Shown in pieces: positions 24,252-31,932 of a stretch of DNA of 40,999 nt; position 1 is the stretch's first letter; every line of letters starts with the position of its first letter. The stretch lies in the IMG/VR virus record IMGVR_UViG_3300045988_161129; one strand, 5' to 3'. Source of the DNA: a virus. Both the position numbers and the translations under genes were made by a program. The notes under the pieces were generated by a model, which was not told the DNA's origin, made no database searches, and saw only the letters and a list, made by a program, of their open reading frames with translations.

Positions 24252-24494
24252 TCACCATTTTTCCTCCTTAAATTCTCTACATTCTTTTTGCAGTTTGTTC
24301 CAGTCTTTTAAGGCGAGATATGCCGACTTAAATTGAAAGATTCCTCCCCTGCCACACACGGGGCAAAATATTTCAAAGAATGTGTCAGGTTTTCCTCCGC
24401 AAACCTTTAATTGAGGCATTCCGTAATATACGCTATCCCCACTGTTCGGTTCGTGGTCGCAACAGACGCACGGCAAAATTTTGTCTACTTTCAT
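24252..24494 (-). CDS. Lar-like zinc-ribbon protein (restriction-alleviation family candidate)
   Basis: ILPCVCC...FEIFCPVCGRGGIFQFKSAYLALKDWNKLQ fits the Lar-family pattern CxxC...CxxCG...A...WN. Confidence 0.4.
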   Translation of the reverse strand: MKVDKILPCVCCDHEPNSGDSVYYGMPQLKVCGGKPDTFFEIFCPVCGRGGIFQFKSAYLALKDWNKLQKECREFKEEKW

Positions 24495-24730
24495 TCTTCT
24501 GCCTCCGAATTAAGCCATTTGGCAACAACTTGTTTCTCTTCGCTTTCGGTTTTGCAAACACAAAAACTGTAGCTCATTTCACAGCTATAAGAGTTATACG
24601 GGCAATAATCACATACATCAGAGGAAATGCCTTTCAAAATATTTTCTGCCATTTCCTCAACGCTCATTGCCTTTATATGCTCATAGTTTGTCACATTCTC
24701 ACACCTTTCTGCGTTTATATATTTACTCAT
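24491..24730 (-). CDS. Cys-rich hypothetical protein (79 aa)
   Basis: ORF; its 5-prime and 3-prime ends overlap the neighbouring genes. Confidence 0.45.
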   Translation of the reverse strand: MSKYINAERCENVTNYEHIKAMSVEEMAENILKGISSDVCDYCPYNSYSCEMSYSFCVCKTESEEKQVVAKWLNSEAEE

Positions 24731-24888
24731 TACTCAAAATCCTTTCTGAAAAACCTAATGCAAAATTGATATTTCAGCCACAAAAAACCAATGGCAAATT
24801 TGCAATTACACGACCCCCAAGTAATACCGACCGTGGGAATGATTGCAAACTGCTTTGCTTTATTTAGCTCCGTTCTTCTTGCCTTCAT
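24730..24888 (-). CDS. Small hydrophobic protein (52 aa from MKARRTELNKAKQF)
   Basis: ATGA overlap with the VRR-NUC stop and TAATG overlap with the next start. The longer track ORF (to 24990) overlaps VRR-NUC and is unlikely to be real. Confidence 0.35.
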   Translation of the reverse strand: MKARRTELNKAKQFAIIPTVGITWGSCNCKFAIGFLWLKYQFCIRFFRKDFE

Positions 24889-25253
24889 GATTTTTCTCCC
24901 TTCAAATATTCGCAAATAGCTTTCTTTGCCTCGACCCAGCCATAGCACACCATAGCACAGTACCCCTGCTTTGATAATGCCGACAGCCATTTGTCTTGAT
25001 TTTTCGATGTTTTGTTTTTTCCGAATTTAAGCTCTATGTAAAGTCCGTGGTATCCGCCCCGTGCTACGGGCAGAAAAAGGTCGGGCACACCCGCTTTAAC
25101 TCCCTGCCGTTTAAGGTTCGCTGCCTCCGCCTTGTTCCTGCTGCCGCCGTTCGGAATGTGGTATAGGAGATTAAGCTCGGGCATTGTTCCGGCCGCAAAG
25201 TTCGCCCATCGGAAAAGAGCTTCCTGCTCCCGCGCTTCGTGCTGTATGCTCAT
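24885..25253 (-). CDS. VRR-NUC domain nuclease (PD-(D/E)xK fold)
   Basis: GVPDLFLPVARGGYHGLYIELKFGKNKTSKNQDKWL contains the D...ExK signature of VRR-NUC proteins. Confidence 0.7.
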   Translation of the reverse strand: MSIQHEAREQEALFRWANFAAGTMPELNLLYHIPNGGSRNKAEAANLKRQGVKAGVPDLFLPVARGGYHGLYIELKFGKNKTSKNQDKWLSALSKQGYCAMVCYGWVEAKKAICEYLKGEKS

Positions 25254-25262
25254 ATTGCCTCC

Positions 25263-25691
25263 TTAAAACGGCAGATCGTCATCGTCTGCGGGCTCGTTAA
25301 AATTCGAATAGCTCGCATCGGCCGCCTGCGGTGCTTCGTACTGCGGCGCCGAAGGTGCTCCGCCGTAGCTGTCCTTTTTGGCGTCGGCAAAATCCACCCC
25401 GCTTGCGATGACATAAACCGATGTGCGGTTGTTGCCGTCACGGTCTTTGTATTTGGAGGTCTGTATCTGTCCGGTAACGCCCACTCGGGCACCCTTGACA
25501 AAATACTTGCACACAAACTCGGCCGTGTGCCTCCATGCCTGTATCTGAATAAAGTCGGTGGGATATTCGCCGTTTTGGTCTTTGTAGTCACGGGGCACAG
25601 CGATTGTAAAATTAACAACCGCCGTCCCGCTTTGAGTTTGCCGCATTTCGGGGGTTTCGGTAAGCCTGCCGATAAGATTAACACTGTTCAT
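25263..25691 (-). CDS. ssb: Single-stranded DNA-binding protein
   Basis: N-terminal OB fold (MNSVNLIGRLTETPEMRQTQSGTAVVNFTIAV), a Gly/Pro/Gln-rich linker, and the acidic tail DDDDLPF. Confidence 0.9.
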   Translation of the reverse strand: MNSVNLIGRLTETPEMRQTQSGTAVVNFTIAVPRDYKDQNGEYPTDFIQIQAWRHTAEFVCKYFVKGARVGVTGQIQTSKYKDRDGNNRTSVYVIASGVDFADAKKDSYGGAPSAPQYEAPQAADASYSNFNEPADDDDLPF

Positions 25692-25993
25692 TTGCTCTTT
25701 TTCTCCTTTGCCTTTCTTATTTTCTCAAGGGTACGGTTGATTTTGTAATTCCGCTCGGTTGCAAGCTCTTTTTCGCCGATGCCGAACATGACTTTCAGTT
25801 GGTCGGTCATGATTTCCACGTCGGCGATCTCCTCCACAAGCCCGAACACCGTTCCTTTCTTGTGCCGGAGCTTTTTTGTGATCTCCTGTTGCAGCTCGGC
25901 AAGCTCCTCAATGGCAACCACCATTTGCGCCTCTTTGCCGAATGTCTCGATAATGGTCTCAAAATTTCCTCTGTCCTGTTCTGTCATATACAT
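25688..25993 (-). CDS. MazG-like all-alpha nucleotide pyrophosphohydrolase candidate
   Basis: AIEELAELQQEITK ... LVEEIADVEIM resembles the paired EExxE/D metal-binding helices of small MazG-like proteins. Confidence 0.45.
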   Translation of the reverse strand: MYMTEQDRGNFETIIETFGKEAQMVVAIEELAELQQEITKKLRHKKGTVFGLVEEIADVEIMTDQLKVMFGIGEKELATERNYKINRTLEKIRKAKEKKSK

Positions 25994-26223
25994 CCTCCTG
26001 TATGTTCTAAAAGTTCAACCTTATCAGCATTGGTGCGAATAAGGGTTTTGGTTTTGCTCTCGATAACATCGACCGATTTTCTCAGCTCGTTATAGCGGTC
26101 GATCCACAGCACATAAGCTGTTATGCGGTCACATTTGACCGTTGACACCTGTCCGCCGGATGTGACCTCCGCCGTTATGGGAAGTCTCAACCGAATGGCG
26201 CGGATTATTTCTTCGCTGCTCAT
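25984..26223 (-). CDS. Hypothetical protein (79 aa)
   Basis: ORF overlapping both neighbours by 4-10 nt. Confidence 0.45.
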   Translation of the reverse strand: MSSEEIIRAIRLRLPITAEVTSGGQVSTVKCDRITAYVLWIDRYNELRKSVDVIESKTKTLIRTNADKVELLEHTGGCI

Positions 26224-27050
26224 GTCAGCATCTCCTTAACCTTGTTAAGGTCGTAGGATTTATTCGGTTCGTTCTTTTGCGAACACTCGCCGTAGTTACC
26301 GTCAAGGACTTTTGCAAAGTTACTGTCCTTCATGAGCCAATCGAAATTAGCCACCCAATCCCTGTTGTTTTTGCCTTTTAGAAAGTCTGATGATTCGGCA
26401 ATCTCAAACAGCCTTTTGAACTGCTCCCCGTTGTACTGCTTCATTCGGGCTTTTATTGCCGCCTTTCTCCTTTCCGATATGGCCGTTACATGTGGGAACG
26501 AAACGCAAATTTCGTTAAACATATCAACGATAAGTTGATATGTTAATATTTCTCCTTCTTCTTCTCTTTCTATTCTGTCGGCGTTACATTGCGTTACATC
26601 AGCGTTACAAGTAACGTTACAGTCGGCGTTACATTGCGTTACATCAGCGTTAAAATCCGATATTGATTTTTGCTTTTCTCTATGCTTTTGAACCCGCTGT
26701 TTTGTTTTTGCTCTTGCTTGTTCCAATCGGTCAAGGTTCTGATGCTTTTCCCAATTTGGAATTGTGTATGTTCCGTTTACAACCTCAATCATTCCGAACT
26801 GTTCAAAGACCTCAAGAGCGCTTTTCACAATGTTGACGGGTCTGTGAAAGATTGTGGCAAGCATTTTGTCCGTGTACGGCGTTTTTTCGTTAAGCATGAA
26901 CACACCGTCATTGTTTTGTTTGCCCGCCATGCAAAGGAGCTTGAACCAAATTACAAGCAGTGAATCGGCTTTCGGCATGCTTTCGATGAGTAGTATCTTA
27001 TCGTCATCGAAAATATCGGTGCACACCTTTATCCATTTGACCTCTGCCAT
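26220..27050 (-). CDS. Phage replisome organizer (N-terminal phage_rep_org-type domain) with internal origin-like repeats
   Basis: MAEVKWIKVCTDIFDDDKILLIESMPKADSLLVIWFKLLCMAGKQNNDGVFML is a typical replisome-organizer N-terminus. The middle segment is encoded by DNA iterons. Confidence 0.7.
   Translation of the reverse strand: MAEVKWIKVCTDIFDDDKILLIESMPKADSLLVIWFKLLCMAGKQNNDGVFMLNEKTPYTDKMLATIFHRPVNIVKSALEVFEQFGMIEVVNGTYTIPNWEKHQNLDRLEQARAKTKQRVQKHREKQKSISDFNADVTQCNADCNVTCNADVTQCNADRIEREEEGEILTYQLIVDMFNEICVSFPHVTAISERRKAAIKARMKQYNGEQFKRLFEIAESSDFLKGKNNRDWVANFDWLMKDSNFAKVLDGNYGECSQKNEPNKSYDLNKVKEMLT
26577..26652. repeat. Iteron cluster: the 31-nt block GTCGGCGTTACATTGCGTTACATCAGCGTTA occurs twice (26577-26607, 26622-26652); six CGTTACA heptamers plus one degenerate CGTTAAA
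   Basis: Direct reading. The cluster is translated as NADVTQCNADCNVTCNADVTQCNAD inside the organizer gene. An AT-rich stretch lies at 26521-26550. Confidence 0.7.
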
Positions 27051-27374
27051 TTATAAACCCTCTCCTCTCGGAGTGCTTGCAATCACTTTGTGTTTTGCCG
27101 TGACTGCGGCCCTTGCATTTTCTCGGTTTTCCCGCGCCCTCGCAAACTCTTTGCTTGCGTATCGCTCAAGCTCGTGGATGTTCTCGGCCACGAAATAGCC
27201 TTTGTTTGATGAGATTATCATTTTATAAGGGTCTGCGCCCTCTCTCGTCTCGGCTTTAAGCAGCCGTGTAATTCGGGGAGAAAAGCCGAGTGCCGCTTGT
27301 ATCTTCTTTGCCGAAACGGCGTTTTTTTCACCAACTCCCACAAACTTAAGGAGTCTTTGTGCCTTTTCCGTCAT
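27051..27374 (-). CDS. Hypothetical protein, possibly winged-helix (107 aa)
   Basis: ORF abutting the organizer gene start. No firm motif. Confidence 0.4.
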   Translation of the reverse strand: MTEKAQRLLKFVGVGEKNAVSAKKIQAALGFSPRITRLLKAETREGADPYKMIISSNKGYFVAENIHELERYASKEFARARENRENARAAVTAKHKVIASTPRGEGL

Positions 27375-27378
27375 GTCA

Positions 27379-27912
27379 TTACCTCCATTCTTCTTTCAAA
27401 AGTGCCAGTTTCTCGGGCGGCAGGGTCTCAATCCCCACCGCCTTGCAATCTTCAATTATGCTGTCGATAAGCGCGCTCATCTGCGCTGTGTCATATTCCG
27501 ACGAACCGAAAAAAAGCGTAAGATTTGAGCAGCCTTCAAACAAAGCGTCATCCATAATTGCCTGTCGACCAAGATGACTTCCGTCGTCCCAACTTTCGGC
27601 AAGCCGTTCAGCGGCTTTTGTGGGCAAGCAGAAGCTTTCCGACACACCGCCTATGTTTTTTATGGCGTTTCTGTAAATCTCGCTTTTCTTCTTGTGCAGA
27701 GCCGCCGACAGCTTGTCTATGAGTACCCATGCGTAGGCATTCGCATCAAGGCTCCTATGCTCTCGGTGCTGCTTGACAGTGAGGTCATATTTTTTGTTCT
27801 GCAAAAGCTTTTCGCAAAGCTTTTTTGCCTCTCCGTCCTTGACGTTGATCATGAGCCATTCACCGGCGCTGTCAGTTTGCCATTTGGCCGACGTAAAGGA
27901 AAGCTTATCCAT
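27379..27912 (-). CDS. NinB/Orf-like recombination mediator candidate
   Basis: HRSLDANAYAWVLIDKL parallels lambda NinB RSLDQNRKLWACLGD. It lies adjacent to the annealase gene. Confidence 0.5.
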   Translation of the reverse strand: MDKLSFTSAKWQTDSAGEWLMINVKDGEAKKLCEKLLQNKKYDLTVKQHREHRSLDANAYAWVLIDKLSAALHKKKSEIYRNAIKNIGGVSESFCLPTKAAERLAESWDDGSHLGRQAIMDDALFEGCSNLTLFFGSSEYDTAQMSALIDSIIEDCKAVGIETLPPEKLALLKEEWR

Positions 27913-28561
27913 TGTTCATTCCCTGCGCCACTTGCCACCCTGCGAGGCACTCTCCCGAGCAAACGGCTACGCCGTATTTGTTCTTTGACTTTGCGGCAAA
28001 ATCCGCTCCAAGGGGCTTTCCGCACATGGCGCAGGGAACGGTAGCAGGGGAGGAGGGGGCTTTCTGTCCCGGTCTTTGATTTTGCGTGGGAGGAGTTTCA
28101 AAATTTCGCTCGGCATATTTATTGTCGGCATCCTCTTCAAAATAGACATCGGCTGCAACGCCTATGTTTTTGCAAGCGTAGGACAGCGCGTCCGACCGAG
28201 CCATTTTAAAGGCCTCGTCTGATGTATACTTTCCGCTCCGTTCAAGCGATACATAAGCAGCTCCGCCGCAGCCCTCTATTGCCTCGCTCCATTCTCCGTC
28301 AACACGAATGTACAGGTTGAGGTTGCAATGTGCTGTTACTGCGCCGTCGGCTCCTTGCTCAAGCCACTCTTTTGTGACTACCGTTTTCCACCCAATCCCG
28401 CAGGGCCCGAATTGCTCGGTCAAAGCCTTGATGCGCCACATGGTGTTGATGTTGGTGAAGCCTTTAAGCCGCCCGGCTGCGATTTTCCTCTTGGCACTTT
28501 CCGGGACGGAACGGAGAGCGTTGTATATCTCCATGTTTTCCTCTTTGCTCATATTTTCCAC
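27905..28561 (-). CDS. Rad52-type single-strand annealing protein candidate with a C-terminal zinc ribbon
   Basis: GRLKGFTNINTMWRIKALTEQFGPCGIGWK ... DEAFKMARSDALSYACKNIGVAADVY resembles Rad52/Sak-type SSAPs. The C-terminus has CAMCG...CSGEC. Confidence 0.5.
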   Translation of the reverse strand: MENMSKEENMEIYNALRSVPESAKRKIAAGRLKGFTNINTMWRIKALTEQFGPCGIGWKTVVTKEWLEQGADGAVTAHCNLNLYIRVDGEWSEAIEGCGGAAYVSLERSGKYTSDEAFKMARSDALSYACKNIGVAADVYFEEDADNKYAERNFETPPTQNQRPGQKAPSSPATVPCAMCGKPLGADFAAKSKNKYGVAVCSGECLAGWQVAQGMNNG

Positions 28562-28564
28562 TCC

Positions 28565-29053
28565 TTACTTAACCGTCATGTTGATTCGTTCCTCGAGCTC
28601 TGCGCAGGGGATTTTCTTGCCGTCTATAAGCGCCGCTTTGATTGCCGTTCGGTCGGGGACAGGGTCTTTTGAAATAACATATTCCTTATGCCTTTTCGCC
28701 CAATCGTTAAAGGCTGCCGTGTCGATGATTACGCCCGTTGACTTGCGGAAAGAACAGCTGCATTTTGCCGTTTCAAAAGCTTGTCCCGCAAGCTCGTTTT
28801 CGAGCACTTTTTTTAGTCTTTCGGCTGTCTTTTCGTGTCTGCGCCGTCTCTCGGCAAGCTCTTTCTCCTCCGCTCTGATGAGAGCCGCTTCGGCCGTTTT
28901 GTTTTTGATGACCAAAGCAATGGCTTCAAGCTTTTCCTCCCTTTTGAGTTGAATTTCGGCCAAGGCCTCAATGTCGGTGATCTCGCCTGTTTCCGGGTCA
29001 ATAATCCTCGACAGAACCTCGTCCATCTCCTTGTTTATTTCGTACAATGTCAT
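28565..29053 (-). CDS. Siphovirus Gp157-like protein
   Basis: MTLYEINKEMDEVLSRIIDPETGEITD...EEKLEAIALVIKNKTAEAALIRAEEKELAERRRRHEK...AIKAALIDGKKIPCAELEE follows the Gp157-family layout. Confidence 0.6.
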   Translation of the reverse strand: MTLYEINKEMDEVLSRIIDPETGEITDIEALAEIQLKREEKLEAIALVIKNKTAEAALIRAEEKELAERRRRHEKTAERLKKVLENELAGQAFETAKCSCSFRKSTGVIIDTAAFNDWAKRHKEYVISKDPVPDRTAIKAALIDGKKIPCAELEERINMTVK

Positions 29054-29155
29054 TTTCTGTGTCCTCCTTAAAATAAAGCTCCTCGCATGGGTGTCCGAGA
29101 ACGCCTGTTGTTACTTGCTCTTCGTCCGGGATAAAGTGGTATAACTGCTCTGCAA

Positions 29156-29440
29156 TCATTCGAACACCTTCTCCGCCTCTTCAAGCTCCCTTTGCTCTTT
29201 TACCGCTTCGGCGAAAACCTCCTCCATTTCGGGGATAAGGTCTTTTGTGTCAAAAATCATGCACTTAAGCGCCTCGAGCTCGTCCGAATTGAATGAATAT
29301 GTTGAAAGCACCGTGTCGAGAGCGGTTGTGAATTCCTCGCAAAGGTTGTCTCGGCACCTTTCGCAAACTACGTTAAAGCAGCTGTATTCATCGTCATTGC
29401 GCTCCCCGCACAATGGGCATATGCTTGTGTATCTTTCCAC
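29156..29440 (-). CDS. Cys-rich (zinc-ribbon-like) hypothetical protein (94 aa, GTG start)
   Basis: CPLCG...CERC pattern at the N-terminus. Confidence 0.4.
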   Translation of the reverse strand: MERYTSICPLCGERNDDEYSCFNVVCERCRDNLCEEFTTALDTVLSTYSFNSDELEALKCMIFDTKDLIPEMEEVFAEAVKEQRELEEAEKVFE

Positions 29441-29525
29441 TTGACTTTTCTCTTCCTTTCATGTATACTATTTATAGTGTTATTTTCTGTGCCCTTCCGA
29501 GCGTCTCCTCGCCGGTGGGCACTTT

Positions 29526-30200
29526 TTATTTTACTTCTACGAAAACGCCGTCTTTAACGGTGTAGTATGTGTCGGCTTTGATTTTTTTGCCGTCCACAAT
29601 CGCCGAGCAAATGGCTTTTATGGGGTATGATTTTCCGTCATATTCGCCTCGCTCAACTACAACAATTGCACTACCGAGAGAAGCTTTTGCCTTGCTTTGA
29701 TAACCGGTAACTATCGCCACGCTGTTTTTACCTTCAACGGTGGCCGCTGAATAGTTGCCCGTGTTGGTGGCCGCTGACTGGTCGCCCGTGTTGGTGGCTG
29801 CTGACTGGTAGCCCGTGTTGGTGGCCGCTGAACGGTTGCCCGTGTTGGTGGCCGCTGAACGGTCGCCCGTGTTGGACTCCTTAGCGTTTTTAAAATCAAC
29901 CTTTTCAAGGATGAATTTTACCCCGGCACGGATTAACCCCGACAGTCCGATTTCCGCCCCAATTTTAATTTTTGACGAGGCAACCTTGCTGTCTCCGCCG
30001 TCTTTGCTAAGTTCACCGCTCTGCTCAACCTCACAATATCTGCTGTCGGCAGGCGGATAATAAGAAAAAACATCAAGCGGGTTTTCGCAAGCGTGAAAGC
30101 CTTTTTCGCAAACCTTAACATCACTCTCTTCATATTCCTTGCCGACTTCATATTGAAATCCCCTGCATTTGAGGTCCTTATCGAATCCCTTGTAATTCAT
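29526..30200 (-). CDS. Repeat-containing protein of unknown function (N-terminal GFHACENPLDVFSYY domain, five SAATNTG-type nonapeptide repeats)
   Basis: 224-aa ORF. The repeat is encoded by a 27-bp tandem DNA repeat. It resembles a widespread uncharacterised phage protein family. Confidence 0.6.
   Translation of the reverse strand: MNYKGFDKDLKCRGFQYEVGKEYEESDVKVCEKGFHACENPLDVFSYYPPADSRYCEVEQSGELSKDGGDSKVASSKIKIGAEIGLSGLIRAGVKFILEKVDFKNAKESNTGDRSAATNTGNRSAATNTGYQSAATNTGDQSAATNTGNYSAATVEGKNSVAIVTGYQSKAKASLGSAIVVVERGEYDGKSYPIKAICSAIVDGKKIKADTYYTVKDGVFVEVK
29740..29874. repeat. 5 x 27-bp tandem repeat (GTGGCCGCTGAnnGnTnGCCCGTGTTG)
   Basis: Units at 29740, 29767, 29794, 29821 and 29848. Variation is confined to 3-4 positions, and the repeat is in frame within the CDS. 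Confidence 0.9.
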
Positions 30201-30424
30201 AATTTCACCTCGATTTCCTCAAAAACATAGTCGACTTTTTTGTCCTCCGGCTCGTAAAGAGCGGCGGTCAGAAAGCTTTCGATTGAATTCCTCCGAAGTC
30301 TCCTCAGCTCGGCTCTGCGCCGGGCTTTTTTCTTTGCCTTGATTTTTTCGGCAATCTCACCGACACCCCCGCCGATGATAAGTCCTCCGAAAGCGCATAC
30401 GATAAAAGCGGTTTCGATGCTCAT
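30197..30424 (-). CDS. Small membrane protein with a basic coiled tail (75 aa)
   Basis: N-terminal hydrophobic helix FIVCAFGGLIIGGGVG followed by KKKARRRAELRRLRR. Confidence 0.45.
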   Translation of the reverse strand: MSIETAFIVCAFGGLIIGGGVGEIAEKIKAKKKARRRAELRRLRRNSIESFLTAALYEPEDKKVDYVFEEIEVKL

Positions 30425-30436
30425 TATGTTTCCTCC

Positions 30437-30715
30437 TTAATTTTTAAACTTGTCCGTCTCGACAACTCCGATGACGATTCCCGCCGCAACGCAGCATTTA
30501 ATAAGATTTTCGCATTTGAGCGAGAACGGACGCTTTTTAAAGGCCGTGACGGTGTTTATTCCGACACCCGCCTTGTCTTTAAATTCAAGGTCTTTGAAGT
30601 GGTTTTCCGCCCATTTCTCCTGAATGACCGCCCGAAGCGTTCGTTCCTGGTTGCGAAACTCCCGTTCGATAGCCGCCTGTCGTTTTTCTGCAAGCGACAT
30701 ATAAATTTTCGGCAT
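30437..30715 (-). CDS. Early protein with a possible HTH (92 aa from MPKIYMS)
   Basis: An AAGGAG RBS precedes ATG 30715. The segment KAGVGINTVTAFKKRPFSLKCENLIKCCVAAG is XRE-HTH-like. Confidence 0.35.
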   Translation of the reverse strand: MPKIYMSLAEKRQAAIEREFRNQERTLRAVIQEKWAENHFKDLEFKDKAGVGINTVTAFKKRPFSLKCENLIKCCVAAGIVIGVVETDKFKN

Positions 30716-30720
30716 ACATC

Positions 30721-30897
30721 TCACTCCTTACTTGCAAAGCTATCGTCAATAAATTTCTTGAGAGCCGTGTCCTCAATTCGATAATTTTTACCGAGTCTGA
30801 CCGCCTCGAGCTTCCCGGTGCGTATCCATCTCCACACCGTAGCCCTCTTCACATTAAACAGGCGTGCCACCTCGTCGCACTTATTCCATTTTTTCAA
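30721..30897 (-). CDS. Excisionase/MerR-type HTH DNA-binding protein (58 aa, TTG start); first gene of the leftward early operon (Cro- or Xis-like role)
   Basis: Absent from the track because it is under 60 aa. AGGAGG RBS, then TTG at 30897. Translation is KKWNKCDEVARLFNVKRATVWRWIRTGKLEAVRLGKNYRIEDTALKKFIDDSF, a typical excisionase-family HTH. Confidence 0.6.
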   Translation of the reverse strand: MKKWNKCDEVARLFNVKRATVWRWIRTGKLEAVRLGKNYRIEDTALKKFIDDSFASKE

Positions 30898-31106
30898 AAT
30901 ATCGCCTCCTTTTTTCTTATTTTTGGTTGATTTTTGTTGCGTTTAGTGTTATTGTGTAAGTGCAATAGAAAAACAACAGAATATATTGACCTCTCTGATC
31001 GACCGTTTCTCTGTTGTGTTGAGTTTAGTTTATCACGGTTTGCCGTTAGTGTCAAATAGATTTTAACTGTATTCCGTTAATTTGTGCGATTGCACAAACG
31101 CTGGGG
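30898..31106. promoter_or_regulatory. Divergent regulatory region between the early operon and the repressor-type gene. The palindrome TTTGTGC-N4-GCACAAA lies just beyond its right edge at 31081-31098, with related sites inside it at 30952-30965 and 31014-31019
   Basis: AT-rich 209-nt non-coding gap. The palindrome has perfect 7+7 arms. TTGTGTAAGTGCAA shares 11 of 16 positions with it. Confidence 0.5.
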
Positions 31107-31418
31107 GTGATTTTTGTGTATAATTCACAATCGACAGCGCAAAGGATTAAAGAGCAGGCGAAGCTCCAAAATAAGCAAATCAAAAATATGCTCTCTGAAT
31201 GTGGTTTAGGTATAAATGCGCTCTCTCAATTCGCCAAAGGACAGCATCTTTCCTCATTCAGCCTTGCAAAAATCGCCGATTACCTCAACTGTTCGGTCGA
31301 CTACCTTTTAGGCCGAACCAACAACCCCGATATGTCCTCCCGCCTCCCGGAACTGACCAAAGAGGAGTGGGATAAGATAGAGCTTTTCGCTCAAGGTCTG
31401 ATTGCAAGCAGAAAGTAG
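31107..31418 (+). CDS. XRE-family HTH repressor candidate (CI-like)
   Basis: IKNMLSECGLGINALSQFAKGQHLSSFSLAKIADYLNCSVDYLLGRT is a canonical XRE HTH. The more likely start is GTG 31116, 8 nt after GGGGGTGA. Confidence 0.7.
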   Translation: MIFVYNSQSTAQRIKEQAKLQNKQIKNMLSECGLGINALSQFAKGQHLSSFSLAKIADYLNCSVDYLLGRTNNPDMSSRLPELTKEEWDKIELFAQGLIASRK

Positions 31419-31430
31419 GGGAGATAGGCT

Positions 31431-31718
31431 GTGTTGAGCAACACTCAATTGAAACTCCTAAAATCAATTTCAAACCGAAAAATCATTCGGATAGATAAAA
31501 ACAACGAGGACTTGGATTACCTTTACTCTCTCGGTTACATTGAGATGACACAGGTTGACAAACCGGGTGATTATTACTGTGAACCTTATATCATCGAAAG
31601 AGGAAGGTCGGCTCTTTATGAGGAGCGGCAAAACCGTTTCGACCGTATCTTTACAAGAACCGTTTCGGTAATCGCCCTTCTGTTATCTCTTTTTTCCCTT
31701 TTTATGCAGCTTCTGTAA
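31431..31718 (+). CDS. Small protein with a C-terminal membrane anchor, co-transcribed with the repressor candidate
   Basis: GTG start after a GGGGAG RBS. The C-terminus is VSVIALLLSLFSLFMQLL. Confidence 0.45.
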   Translation: MLSNTQLKLLKSISNRKIIRIDKNNEDLDYLYSLGYIEMTQVDKPGDYYCEPYIIERGRSALYEERQNRFDRIFTRTVSVIALLLSLFSLFMQLL

Positions 31719-31928
31719 TGCTTCCGCATACTTCACAAGCTCGTTTGATAAAAGGTCGATTTCTTCAAGTGTTGCCCGGTGCTTTTCCGTCCCCGGCTCA
31801 TACTTTGGAAGAACTTCTGTAATTGCCTTACCGATTCTTTCGGTTATGTCCGCTCCGCACGATTTAAGACACAATGCAAAGAAGTCATCAATAGTATCAA
31901 AACAGGCATTTCGGATATTGTCCTTCAT
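31683..31928 (-). CDS. Hypothetical protein (81 aa)
   Basis: ORF whose 3-prime end overlaps the convergent plus-strand gene by 36 nt. Confidence 0.4.
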   Translation of the reverse strand: MKDNIRNACFDTIDDFFALCLKSCGADITERIGKAITEVLPKYEPGTEKHRATLEEIDLLSNELVKYAEALQKLHKKGKKR

Positions 31929-31932
31929 TTCC

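Noticed and set aside
26577-29874. CRISPR array, considered because of the regularly spaced repeats at 26577-26652 and 29740-29874.
   Set aside because: The repeats are contiguous or nearly so with no unique spacers, lie in frame inside coding genes, and have no cas genes nearby.
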